The notes: generated by a model not told the origin, from the sequence alone. Positions 31,972-42,938 are shown, counted from the stretch's first letter. The stretch: DNA of 64,000 nt from Ascoidea asiatica JCM 7603 (GCA_001600695.1 BCKQ01000004.1:417583-481582); one strand, 5' to 3'. Program-made: numbers and translations.

Positions 31972-34161
31972 TTACCACCTTCTTTTATTACTTGTGAATG
32001 AAAGTCCAATTAATATAGATGTTGCAAGTGCAATAAGTGCACCAGGAAGTAAAAGTCCATTTGGTATTCCTTGAATATATTGATCATCATGATTTCTTCT
32101 TAATCGTTTTTTTTTATTTAATCTCATTGGATTTTCATTATCATTATTAATTTCATTTTCATCTTCATTACTATTATTATTATTGTTGTTGTTATTAATT
32201 TCATCAATATTAAACTTTTTAGGATGAATTTCATGAATAGAAGATTTTGCTGAATGTATATTATTAATTTTATAACCTTTTAATATTCTTTCAACAGAAT
32301 CATGAGGGTTATGAATAAATAAATCTGTTTTTTTTTCATCAATTTTTTTCGTTATTGTAATACAATCAATTAAATCTTGATCTGTTGTTATTGATATTAA
32401 ATCATTTTCATCATCAAGATAAGAAATTGAAAAATTATCTTTTCCACCAATTGAAGAAAAATCATTTTCAAATAATTTTCCAATTATTAATTTTCTTAAA
32501 TTTTCTACACCTTCATTTGAATCTTGAATAGTAATTCTATGAACTCTTCCTGTAGATGATTTAAATTTAAAGCAACAAGAAGTATTTTTTTTCTTTTCAT
32601 TTTCTTTTTCAACTTCTTTTTCAAGTTGTTTATTTTTTTGTTTATCATTATCATGATCATTATTATATTTCAATTTATCTTCAGTAATTGGAGAATTAAG
32701 ACCTGGAGTAGTATTTGTATCAGTATGTTTTAATAAATAATTTGAATGAGTTTGACTTCCAACAGCAGATAAAGAATCAACAGATCTTAAATTTCTCATA
32801 TTAAATTCATCTAATTCAGTTTGAGAAGTTGTTGCAAGATCTCCAGGTATTGAATTTGAATCAATAAAAGTATCTGAATTTAAAGATTCATTATCATCTA
32901 ATGAAGACCAAAATCTATTCCAAAGTATACCTTGATTTGGATCATTATTTGGAGAATTTTTAATATTTTCATTATTTTGATTAAGATTATTTTGTAATAA
33001 ATCATTTTGATTTGAATTTTGATTTAAATTTTGATTAAAATTTTGAATTTGATTAGATTCTATACTTTGAAGATGACTTAAAGCAGCATAAGTTAATTTT
33101 AAAACATCAACAATACCAATAATCTCACCATTTTCAACAACAGGTAAATTTAGATATCTACCTTCATACATTTGTCTTAAAGCTTCATGAATTGAAGTTG
33201 AGATTGTAGCAACATCAGGAGATGGAGTCATAACTCTACAAATTGAAGTTGTTTTTGGATCCAAACCAACAGAAATTACTCTTAAAACAATATCTTTTGA
33301 AGTAAAAATTCCAACAACAGGAGCAGAATCTTGTTCATTAATTAAAGATTGATCATCTTTAACTAAAACTGCAGTTGTTTTATAAGATTTCATTAAAATA
33401 TAAGCATCAAAAACTGTTGATTTTACACCAACATAAACAGGAATTGTTGAAGAATCATTTAAAATTGAATTTAAAGTTGGTACAGCTTTTTTTAAAGATT
33501 CAAAATATTTTATAACTTGTAAAGGTTGTTGATTTAAATTAATTTCTGAATTTATATTTTCCATTGCATCAAATAATTTTTTTGAAGCATCATATTTTTT
33601 TTCTAATTTTTTCATTGCTTCTATATAACATTTTGTTATATCAATTACACCAACAATTGTTTGATTATCAGGACCAAGATTTGATAAAATTGGTAAATGT
33701 CTAAAATTTTTTTTAACCATTAAATTTAAAGCATCATTAATCATATAATCACTTGTTGCACACATTGGATTTTTAGTCATAATTTGATCAATTGATAAAG
33801 AAGAAAAAGAATTTGAATAACCAATAGAAAAAGCTAAATCTTTTGCAGTTAAAATTCCAGATAATAAATCATTTGAACAAACTAAAATACAATTTTCTCT
33901 ATGAGAAGTCATTAATTGACAAGCAATTTTTACACTTGTTTTTTCATCACAAAATAAAGGTAATTTTGGTTTTAAAGATAATACAGTACCTGGATTTGAT
34001 TTTTTATTATTTAAAAATTTTGATTTTGATTTATTTGAATTTCTTGAAATTGATTTTTTTGAATTTTCTAATTTACGACGTATTGCTTCATCTTTTTTTT
34101 TTCTACTATTTGAAGATATTGAAGAATTTATTTCATTTCTTTTTGAATTTCTTGAAGACAT
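31972..34161 (-). CDS. CBS-pair x2 + PB1 domain tail-anchored protein (S. pombe Mug70-like)
   Basis: KKDEAIRRKLE, GTVLSLKP, four CBS repeats (GILTAKDL, FRHLPI, GIFTSKDIVLRV, YLNLPVV), PB1 (FKFKS..GRVHR...SYLDDENDLISITTDQDL), C-terminal TM. Confidence 0.9.
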   Translation of the reverse strand: MSSRNSKRNEINSSISSNSRKKKDEAIRRKLENSKKSISRNSNKSKSKFLNNKKSNPGTVLSLKPKLPLFCDEKTSVKIACQLMTSHRENCILVCSNDLLSGILTAKDLAFSIGYSNSFSSLSIDQIMTKNPMCATSDYMINDALNLMVKKNFRHLPILSNLGPDNQTIVGVIDITKCYIEAMKKLEKKYDASKKLFDAMENINSEINLNQQPLQVIKYFESLKKAVPTLNSILNDSSTIPVYVGVKSTVFDAYILMKSYKTTAVLVKDDQSLINEQDSAPVVGIFTSKDIVLRVISVGLDPKTTSICRVMTPSPDVATISTSIHEALRQMYEGRYLNLPVVENGEIIGIVDVLKLTYAALSHLQSIESNQIQNFNQNLNQNSNQNDLLQNNLNQNNENIKNSPNNDPNQGILWNRFWSSLDDNESLNSDTFIDSNSIPGDLATTSQTELDEFNMRNLRSVDSLSAVGSQTHSNYLLKHTDTNTTPGLNSPITEDKLKYNNDHDNDKQKNKQLEKEVEKENEKKKNTSCCFKFKSSTGRVHRITIQDSNEGVENLRKLIIGKLFENDFSSIGGKDNFSISYLDDENDLISITTDQDLIDCITITKKIDEKKTDLFIHNPHDSVERILKGYKINNIHSAKSSIHEIHPKKFNIDEINNNNNNNNSNEDENEINNDNENPMRLNKKKRLRRNHDDQYIQGIPNGLLLPGALIALATSILIGLSFTSNKRRW

Positions 34162-34845
34162 TTATATAATATATTAATTATTTTTAATTCTAAATTATTA
34201 TTAATTATTATTGATTGTGAATAAAATGAATGATGTTAATAAAATAAATAGGTTTTGAAAAAAAAAAAAAAAGTATAAAAAATGATAATAATTAGTAATA
34301 AATGTTAATCTTTAAATTAATGAATTTGAGTATAAAAGTTGTAAAGTTATAAAGCTGTAAAGTTGTAAAGTAGTAAAGTTTTAAAATTTAAGAGAATTTT
34401 TGTTTACCTTTTTTAAATTTAAATGAAGTTCAAATAGATAAATAAAGAGATTTATAAAAGAATATTTAATTCATAAGTTTTTAAAATAAACTTGGAGTAA
34501 ATATTTATCATATTCTTAGATCTTAATTCTTAACTTGTAATTCTTAGATTATAATTATAATTCTTAGTTTTTTGTTTTTACTTGATATTGAAAGAGATCA
34601 GAAATTGATTGATTGTGATCCAAAGAAGTAAGATGCAATATGCAAACCAGATCAGTATCTTAGATCAATACGAGAACTGACTAAGAATTCTGATCACTTC
34701 TTCACTTCTTCACTTCTTCACTTCTTCATTTCTTCATTTCTTCATTTCCTCGTCTTTTGAGATAAACATCAACAGACCTTTTTTTGTAAATTTCTGGTTT
34801 TCTGCAATTTTGTGTAATCTCAAAAACAACACACAAAAAAAGATG

Positions 34846-34906
34846 ACGCGTTTGGAAGCCGAGCAGCCGAGCAGCCGGCGACTGCGCAGCTCGCGAAACA
34901 ACGCGT
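34846..34906. promoter_or_regulatory. MCB/SCB-like cell-cycle element cluster upstream of the CBS-PB1 gene
   Basis: ACGCGT at 34846-34851 and 34901-34906; CGCGAAA at 34892-34898. Confidence 0.55.
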
Positions 34907-35049
34907 CGTGTTTACCTTTGTCCCGATTCGGACATTGTTTTTTTTAAAAAAATATAAAGTCTATTATTTAGAGTCTATTTTATTTATATGAATGTATTTA
35001 GTATTTATTTACAAGTGATTTAAAGAATGTAAAGATTGATTATTTTTTA

Positions 35050-37035
35050 TCATTTGGTTTTATTTAAATTTGGATTATATTCATCAGGATCTGGAATTCT
35101 TTGTTTAATTCTAATTAAAGGAAAATCACCAGAATAATTAACATTATTACCATATGAGAAATCATTACCAATTTTTATAAAATTTATATTTCTTTTATTT
35201 TTATCAACATTAATTCTATCTAAGATTTTATTTGATAAGTTTGGTATTATAGGTTGTAATAAGATTGAAGTAATTCTTATAGTTTCACAAGTTAAAAAAA
35301 TTATTAAATCTTGAAATTCAATAATTTCTAAGTTATTATTGGTAGTAGTAGTGTTGATATTTGAATATTTCCAAGGTTCTGATTTTTGAAATAAATTATT
35401 TGAAATATTTATAATTAACCAAAATTCTTTAATTAATTCTGCAGTATTAAATTCAATCATATTTTTATCAAATTTTTCAAATAAATTATTTAAATTTAAT
35501 TCAAGATTTTTAATTAATAAATTTATTTCTTCAGTTATATATTTATTATTTTTATAAAAATTTAAATTAGTTAAAGTTGAATTTGAATTTGAATTTGAAT
35601 TAAGGATAATCTTTGAATGAATATTATTTAAAGAATTTTTAATATTAAATTTTTTACCACAAACTCTCATTAATAAATTTGAATATTTACTTAAAATCAT
35701 TTCTCTTGAATTAAATAAAGAAATTTCATTAAAATCACCATCTTTTTCTAAAATTGAAATTTCAGATAAATAAAATCTTAAAGAATCTATACCATAATAA
35801 TTTATAATTTTTATTGGATCAATAACATTACCAATAGATTTTGACATTTTAATACCATTTAATAACCAATGAGAATGAATAATAATTTGTTTTGGTAAAA
35901 TAATATTATTTGATTTTAAAAAAGCTAACCAATAAATTGAATGAAATCTAATAATTTCTTTACCAATTATATGAATTGGAGGCCAAATTTTATTTAAATT
36001 TGGATTTAAATTTGGATAATTTATTAAAGTTAAATAATTTATTAAAGCATCAAACCAAACATAAATTGATTGAGAATTATCATTTGGTACAGGTATACCC
36101 CATTTTAATCTTTTTGAAGGTCTTGAAATACTTAAATCATTAAAAGAACCTAATTTTTGAATATCATTAATTAATTGTAATTGTTTTGAGAATGGTTTAA
36201 TAAAATTTTTATTATTATTATTTTTTAAAAAATTTAAAATAAATTTATAAAATTTACTTAATTTAAAATAATAATTTATTTCACTTTGATAATTAACTTC
36301 AGTTCCAGTTTCTTTTGAAATATAAATATATTTTATAGGTGAATTTAAAATTTTTTTTTTAATTATTTGATTTTCAGTATAAAAAGTTTCATCAGAAATT
36401 GAATACCAACCATTATGATTTTTTTTATAAATTAAATTTTTTTCAATTAATTTTAACCAAAAATATTGTACAGAATTATAATGATTTTTATCAGTTGTTC
36501 TAATAAATTTATCATAATTTATATTTGAAATTTTTGCTAAATTTTTAAATTTTAAACTTAAATCATCAACAAATTTTTTAGTTTTATTATAATCAAATTC
36601 ATTATTATTATTATTATTTGAAAGATAATATTTTGAATTCATTGAAGCTAATTGAACTTTTAAACCATGTTCATCAGTACCTGTAGTAAAATAAGTTTTT
36701 TTACCTTTTAATAATTCCCATCTATTTCTTATATCACATAATAACATTGAATATAAATGACCAATATGTGGAGCAGCATTAACATAAAAAATTGGAGTTG
36801 TAATATAAAATACATCATCTTTGGGGTTATTATCTTCAATGTTATTATCTTCGAGGTTATCATTTAAATTATCATTATTCTCTGTTTCTTGTTCTTTTAA
36901 AATGGTATTTGATTCAATATTAGATATAAATCTTGAAGAAAATATGAATTTTGATGAGTGCTTTAAAGAGTAAATTGAGGAATTTAAGAAAGATGAATGT
37001 AACCTTGAATTAACAATGGAAATGAATCTTAACAT
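35050..37035 (-). CDS. MSM1: Mitochondrial methionyl-tRNA synthetase
   Basis: YITTPIFYVNAAPHIGH (HIGH), TGTDEHGLK, DLSISRP, YVWFDALINY, KMSKS. N-terminal presequence. Confidence 0.96.
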   Translation of the reverse strand: MLRFISIVNSRLHSSFLNSSIYSLKHSSKFIFSSRFISNIESNTILKEQETENNDNLNDNLEDNNIEDNNPKDDVFYITTPIFYVNAAPHIGHLYSMLLCDIRNRWELLKGKKTYFTTGTDEHGLKVQLASMNSKYYLSNNNNNNEFDYNKTKKFVDDLSLKFKNLAKISNINYDKFIRTTDKNHYNSVQYFWLKLIEKNLIYKKNHNGWYSISDETFYTENQIIKKKILNSPIKYIYISKETGTEVNYQSEINYYFKLSKFYKFILNFLKNNNNKNFIKPFSKQLQLINDIQKLGSFNDLSISRPSKRLKWGIPVPNDNSQSIYVWFDALINYLTLINYPNLNPNLNKIWPPIHIIGKEIIRFHSIYWLAFLKSNNIILPKQIIIHSHWLLNGIKMSKSIGNVIDPIKIINYYGIDSLRFYLSEISILEKDGDFNEISLFNSREMILSKYSNLLMRVCGKKFNIKNSLNNIHSKIILNSNSNSNSTLTNLNFYKNNKYITEEINLLIKNLELNLNNLFEKFDKNMIEFNTAELIKEFWLIINISNNLFQKSEPWKYSNINTTTTNNNLEIIEFQDLIIFLTCETIRITSILLQPIIPNLSNKILDRINVDKNKRNINFIKIGNDFSYGNNVNYSGDFPLIRIKQRIPDPDEYNPNLNKTK

Positions 37036-37576
37036 GATTCATTATATAATGATTAATAAGCACTATCAAATTAGTATCAACTTTATCAAATGCATTGTCA
37101 ACCATCAACCATCAACCATCAACTATCAATCATCGATTCAAAATTTACAATTATCAGAAGTTGAAGACTTTGAATTCAACATTCAACATTTGACATTTAA
37201 CATTTAACAGAAAGAGAGAAAGAGAAAGAGAATGAGAATGAGAGTAGTGACAAGACCCGTGAAAGTGGCGTTGAAATGCGATACAGCCCTGATTGAAGAA
37301 GAGAGAAATAAAGCCCTGGCAACAAATAACAAATAGCAAATAACAAATAACAAATAACAAATAACAAATAGTTCTACCGTTGGGTACCATTGCCATCGAT
37401 TACTGCTGCAGAGAGTGAGTTGTGTTGTTTCGTGGCCCTGTTCAGGCCTGCGAGTGTTTCCATTGGTTTCTTCTTGGTGTTTCTGGTTGTTTCTGGTTGT
37501 TTTCGGTGATTTCCAGCGGCGGAAAGCGAACTCCGCCGCCGGTTGTTCGGTTTCGTGCCCGGTTTCTGCTCCTGCT

Positions 37577-37585
37577 GTGAGTCAT
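37577..37585. promoter_or_regulatory. Gcn4 (AP-1) site GTGAGTCAT upstream of LYS9
   Basis: Perfect TGAGTCA core at 37578-37584, about 400 nt before the LYS9 ATG, in the divergent MSM1/LYS9 promoter. Confidence 0.7.
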
Positions 37586-37977
37586 CGCCCCGCTCTTCGG
37601 GCCTAAGACCTGCTACGGGTTCCTTTCAACTGCCCCGAATCTGCAATTTACTACTTTACTCTATTCAAGTTTCACATTTTTTTTTACTTGAAATCTACGG
37701 GAATTGGGATTTTTTACTTTGACTTTTCAAAATTGATATTAAAAAATAATTTTTCAATTCAATCTCGATTTTGATAAGTTTTCCATAGAAAATATATTAT
37801 TTATCTACAATTTCATATTCTGAGTAAATAGATAAAGTTATTTAAATTTAATACAAGTATTATCCTATCCTTATTTATTACATCTTCTTTATTATTCTAT
37901 ATTATAGTATATATTATAGTATATATTTATAACTAAGTTATTTCAATTACAAAATTAAATACAAAATTAAATACAAA

Positions 37978-39315
37978 ATGGTTAAACAAGTACTTTTATT
38001 AGGTTCTGGATTTGTAGCAAAACCAACAGTTGATATTCTTTCAAATACTGAAGGTATTGAAGTTACAGTTGCATGTCGTCATTTAGAAGCTGCAAAAAAA
38101 TTAGCTGGTAAAAATGCAAAAGCAATCTCTTTAGATGTTACAAATTCAAAAAATTTAGATATTGAAATGTCAAAATGTGATTTAGTAATTTCATTAATAC
38201 CATATATTTATCATTCAACAGTTGTAAAATCTGCAATAAAATTTAAAAAAAATGTTGTTACAACTTCATATATTTCTGATTCTTTAAAAGAATTATTACC
38301 AGAAATTAAAAATGCTGGAATTACTGTAATGAATGAAATTGGTTTAGATCCAGGTTTAGATCATTTATATGCTGTTAAAACTATTGATGAAGTTCATTCA
38401 AAAAATGGTAAAATTATTTCATTTTTATCATATTGTGGTGGTTTACCAGCTCCAGAAGATTCTGATAATCCTTTAGGTTATAAATTTTCTTGGTCTTCAA
38501 GAGGTGTTTTATTAGCTTTAAGAAATAATGCAAAATATTATAAAAATGGTAAAATTGAAATTATTAATGGTAAAGATTTAATGACTTCTGCAAAACCATA
38601 TTTTATTTATCCAGGTTATGCATTTGTTGCTTATCCAAATAGAGATTCATGTTCTTATAAAGAATTATATAATATTCCTGAAGCAAAAACAATTATTAGA
38701 GGTACTTTAAGATTTCAAGGTTTTCCTGAATTTATTAAAGTTTTAGTTGATTTAGGATTTTTAAAAGAAGATGAAATTTTAGAATTAAATGAAAAAATTC
38801 CATGGAAATTAGCATTTTCAAAAATTTTAGGTATAAATTCAACTAAAAAAATTGATTTAATTAAAGAAATTGAAAAAAAGACAAATTTTCCAAATGATTT
38901 TGAAAAAGAAAGAATTATTAATGGTTTAAATTGGTTAGGATTATTTTCAAATAATTTAATAATTCCAAGAAAAAATCCATTAGATACATTATGTGCAACT
39001 TTAGAAAAATTAATGCAATATGAAGAAGGTGAAAGAGATTTAGTTGTACTTCAACATAAATTTGGTATTGAATGGGAAGATGGTTCAAAAGAAACAAGAA
39101 CTTCAACACTTATTGATTATGGTGTACCTGGTGGTTATTCATCAATGGCAAAAACTGTTGGTGTACCATGTGCTGTAGCTACAACTTTAGTATTAAATGG
39201 TACTATTAATGATGTTGGTTTAATTGCTCCATATTCTCCAAAAATTAATAATCCAATTATGAAAATCTTAAAAGAGAAATATAACCTTTACTTAACTGAA
39301 AAAGTTGTTTCCTAA
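37978..39315 (+). CDS. LYS9: Saccharopine dehydrogenase (NADP+, L-glutamate-forming)
   Basis: VLLLGSGFVA, NEIGLDPGLDHLYA, SYCGGLPAPE..DNPLGYKFSWS, AYPNRDS, RGTLRFQGF, MAKTVGVP. Confidence 0.98.
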   Translation: MVKQVLLLGSGFVAKPTVDILSNTEGIEVTVACRHLEAAKKLAGKNAKAISLDVTNSKNLDIEMSKCDLVISLIPYIYHSTVVKSAIKFKKNVVTTSYISDSLKELLPEIKNAGITVMNEIGLDPGLDHLYAVKTIDEVHSKNGKIISFLSYCGGLPAPEDSDNPLGYKFSWSSRGVLLALRNNAKYYKNGKIEIINGKDLMTSAKPYFIYPGYAFVAYPNRDSCSYKELYNIPEAKTIIRGTLRFQGFPEFIKVLVDLGFLKEDEILELNEKIPWKLAFSKILGINSTKKIDLIKEIEKKTNFPNDFEKERIINGLNWLGLFSNNLIIPRKNPLDTLCATLEKLMQYEEGERDLVVLQHKFGIEWEDGSKETRTSTLIDYGVPGGYSSMAKTVGVPCAVATTLVLNGTINDVGLIAPYSPKINNPIMKILKEKYNLYLTEKVVS

Positions 39316-39705
39316 ATTTCTTCCTAGATTATATTACTCTCTAATTATATTATTTACATAGTAAACTCATATTTATAATTCTATAATCTATTAACTATTA
39401 ACTATTGAATAATAAACCTATTAACGTTATTATATAATTATTGTTACCGAGTCACTGGTAATAACGTAGCTAATCACATGACTTGAACAACAAAGGCCTG
39501 GTTTTTGGATATTTCTCTTTGTGTTGTTAATTAGTGTTAATGCCAGTATTTGTGGTGAGACTGACTCCAGCGAGGAAGTAATTGTAATCTATTTCTCTCA
39601 CTTCTTAACCTTTTCATATTTGTCTCAGGGCATTGCTTTCTTCACCAATTTCATGTCTGATATTAAAACAATCCCAGACTCACTTGAAATTAGTATTTAA
39701 CACTA

Positions 39706-39740
<35 letters not shown>

Positions 39741-40210
39741 CAAACTTCAGTTAAATAATTCCAATTTCAATTATATAATGTAAAAATAATACTATTCAAT
39801 ACTTTATCCATTAAAATAACTTCATTGCTTTAATCTACTTTATAAATGAAATTATCCTTAATTACTATTTTAAAAATATTTAATCATTTATATGAATAAT
39901 TTTATCTCAATGGTCTCATTAAACCAGCCATTTTAAAATACAAATAAAAATAAATGACAAAATACTGTATATATACTGTATATTATTAATCTGAATCGTA
40001 AATGTCTATTTCAATCAATCTATTCACATTCATATTCACATTCATATTCACATTTATATTCTTACTCAATTTATATAAATAATCTTTTATCCTTTAAATA
40101 ATTGTATCCTATAATTAATCAATAAATAAAATAAATACATCTCAACTCGTATATTTTACATTTACTTAACCTTACTAAAATAATAATAACAGTAACAATA
40201 ATAAATAACA

Positions 40211-41026
40211 ATGAGTGATGAAGATTATACTTATAAATTAATTGTTGGTCAAGAACCTCAAAGAGCTCGTATGTGCGGTTATGGTGATAAAGATAGAAGA
40301 CAACTTTCTCCACCAGCTTGTGTAAAATTAATAATTTTAAATAATAAAACTAAAAAAGAAATTAATATTAATGATTTTAATTTTAATAATTATAAATTTT
40401 TTTTAATTGCTGAATTATGGTCTTCTGATAAATTAAAAAATTTATCAATGACTTTTTCAAAAGATTATAATAATTCTAATTTTTTAAATTCAAATATTCA
40501 AAATTTATCAAATTCAAATATTATTAATCAAAATGATTTAAATCAATTACAATCTTCTTCTTCAACCTCTTCTTCTTCTTCTTCTAATACTACTACTACT
40601 ACTACCACTAATAATACTACTAAAGTTTTAATTTCTCAAAAAGATGATTTAATAACTCCAACTAAAAATATTATTGGTAATACTGTTACTTCTTCTCAAA
40701 AATTAAATGATGATAATGGTGATCTTGGTATTTGGTTTATATTTCCTGATTTATCAATTAGAACTGAAGGTGATTTCACTTTAAAATTTTGTTTAAATAA
40801 AATTGATATTAAATTTCCTTCAATTTCAAAATTAAATCAATCTAAAATTAAATTTCAAAATAAAAATCAAAGTGAAACTTTAACTTCTGTTTTCACAAAT
40901 GTTTTCACTGTTTATAGTCCAAAAAGATTTCCTGGAGTTTTAGAAAGTACTCCTTTAAGTAAAGCTTTTGCAACTCAAGGTGTTCAAATTCATATTAGAA
41001 AAGAAACAAAATCAAATACTCGTTAA
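40211..41026 (+). CDS. Velvet-domain protein, VelB-like (copy 2), 271 aa
   Basis: YKLIVGQEPQRARMCGYGDKDRRQLSPPACVKL ... AELWS [low-complexity insert] KNIIG...GIWFIFPDLSIRTEGDFTLKF ... YSPKRFPGVLESTPLSKAFATQGVQIHIRK, very close to the VelB consensus. Confidence 0.93.
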   Translation: MSDEDYTYKLIVGQEPQRARMCGYGDKDRRQLSPPACVKLIILNNKTKKEININDFNFNNYKFFLIAELWSSDKLKNLSMTFSKDYNNSNFLNSNIQNLSNSNIINQNDLNQLQSSSSTSSSSSSNTTTTTTTNNTTKVLISQKDDLITPTKNIIGNTVTSSQKLNDDNGDLGIWFIFPDLSIRTEGDFTLKFCLNKIDIKFPSISKLNQSKIKFQNKNQSETLTSVFTNVFTVYSPKRFPGVLESTPLSKAFATQGVQIHIRKETKSNTR

Positions 41027-41040
41027 TATTCTTCTTACAT

Positions 41041-41090
41041 TCTTTACATTTCTTTACATTTCTTTACATTTCTTTACATTTCTTTACATT
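41041..41090. repeat. 10-bp tandem repeat (TCTTTACATT) x5
   Basis: Five exact copies just after the velvet-2 stop codon, between convergent genes. Confidence 0.92.
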
Positions 41091-41144
41091 TTTAATATTT
41101 CTTTCATTTGAATTTAAATTGCTATTCATTCATTTTTTTTTTTT

Positions 41145-42335
41145 TTATTTTCTTAATTTTAATAATTTTTCTATTTGAACTGCATCTTTAACAATTATCA
41201 GATTATCATCTATATATTCATAATCTTTTAAATCTTCTTCTTTATCCTTTAATGATGTAGCTAATGACATTGTATTACTCTTATCATTTGTATTAATAAT
41301 TAATTCATCTTTTTTAATTTTTTTTTTTGAAAGAAATCCAAAATTATTATTTCTATCAATTAAAATTGAATTCCATCCTGCATTTTTTCCTCCAATTAAA
41401 TCTTTTTTATATTCATCTCCAATATGCCAACAATTTTTAATTAAAAATTTTTTTCTTTCAATTTCATTATTATAATCTAAATTTAAAATTAATTTTTTTT
41501 TAATTAATTCTTTTATAACTAAATTAAATATTTCTTTATCTGGTTTAAATAATTCTGTATAAAATGAAATATAAATTAATTCATTTTTAATAAAAAATTT
41601 TGTAAGTTTTAAAAATTCAAGTATTAATTTAACTCTTGGATCTCCATTACTTATAACAACAATAATAATTTTATTATCTTTAGTTTTAATAATATTATTA
41701 ATATCATTTGATTTTACTTTATTTAAATCAATTTTTTTAAAAAAATTTAATATATATAATATATCATTTGGAATTTTATATGCATTATATGTCATTTCTT
41801 TAATTACTTTATTAATAAATTTATTTGAAATATTATATGGTAAAAATAATTTCTTAATTAAAAATGCCCACCAATAATCTGAAATAAATTCTGCATGAAA
41901 TTTTTCATCATTATCATTATCATTATTCTTATTTAAATTATTATTATTATTATTATTATTATTTATAATAGAAAATTTTTTAAAATCTGAAATTAAATTA
42001 ATTGAATTTTTTTTACCATAATTAGGATATTTTGAATTCAATTCTTTAAAATATATTGGAAAAAATTCTTTTAATTCTTCCAATGGTTTTTTATAATTAA
42101 ATAATAAAGCAATTTCATTATATTGAATTATTGAAGATTTTATAGGTGTATATAAAGTTCCAAATGCATCAAATGAAACTACTTTTGGAATTGAATGTTT
42201 GAAATCATTTTTATTTATTTCATTTATTTCTTTATTTGAACTCAATAATCTTTTTTGATATATAAATGTATTTGATAAAAATTTGTATTTTATAATATAT
42301 TTTGTCTTTAAAATAAAATTTGTATTAGAAAACAT
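41145..42335 (-). CDS. HAD-like hydrolase, HDHD3/Dpi35(YMR130W)-like, probably mitochondrial
   Basis: VSFDAFGTLY, YPNYGK, WW, ISNGDPR, KPDKEIF, WHIGDEYKKDLIGGKNAGW. Confidence 0.85.
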   Translation of the reverse strand: MFSNTNFILKTKYIIKYKFLSNTFIYQKRLLSSNKEINEINKNDFKHSIPKVVSFDAFGTLYTPIKSSIIQYNEIALLFNYKKPLEELKEFFPIYFKELNSKYPNYGKKNSINLISDFKKFSIINNNNNNNNNLNKNNDNDNDEKFHAEFISDYWWAFLIKKLFLPYNISNKFINKVIKEMTYNAYKIPNDILYILNFFKKIDLNKVKSNDINNIIKTKDNKIIIVVISNGDPRVKLILEFLKLTKFFIKNELIYISFYTELFKPDKEIFNLVIKELIKKKLILNLDYNNEIERKKFLIKNCWHIGDEYKKDLIGGKNAGWNSILIDRNNNFGFLSKKKIKKDELIINTNDKSNTMSLATSLKDKEEDLKDYEYIDDNLIIVKDAVQIEKLLKLRK

Positions 42336-42938
42336 TATAAATGATTATTCTATTTTTATATATTTATATATGATTGAAATCAAAATCTATAATTCTTTCT
42401 TTTCTTTTCCCAGATTTCTCAATATATATATTTACATTAAGTATTATTTGATTATCTTGAAGTCTTTGAACTGGTTGAATCTTGTGATGGCATTAATCAC
42501 ATCATTATTAGGATTCTCCTATTAGAAAAAAAAGATTAGGCTAACAACTCATGTATTCAATCTCAGCAGATGATATCAAACTTAAGCTTAATAACTTCAT
42601 TAAAATAAATACAATCAAACCGAGGAAAACATTGAAGAATTGAATTGGAAAAGAAGCTGATTGTTTATTTATCATATATTTTTAATATTATATTTCACTG
42701 TTTGATTGTTTAATCCTTCTTTTGAAAGCATGCACGCTTCAAAACTCTAGCGCTACACTGCTTTCAATGAGTTAAACATGAAGGAAAATGAAAAAAAATA
42801 GCAATTTGAGAGAAGCTCCAGCTGGAAAATATCAATAATGAGTTATCAATTAAATATATTCTATCATCTAGAATTACTTAAACTTGTACATGTTTATTTT
42901 ATATTACCCTATAACAACAAAATAAAGCTCAGTTATTA

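Noticed and set aside
41041-41090. Short tandem arrays (also about 1725-1780, 34695-34748, 37321-37369, 47670-47697, 49171-49242) as CRISPR-like or functional repeats
   Set aside because: No spacers and a eukaryotic context; these are simple slippage mini/microsatellites common throughout the window.
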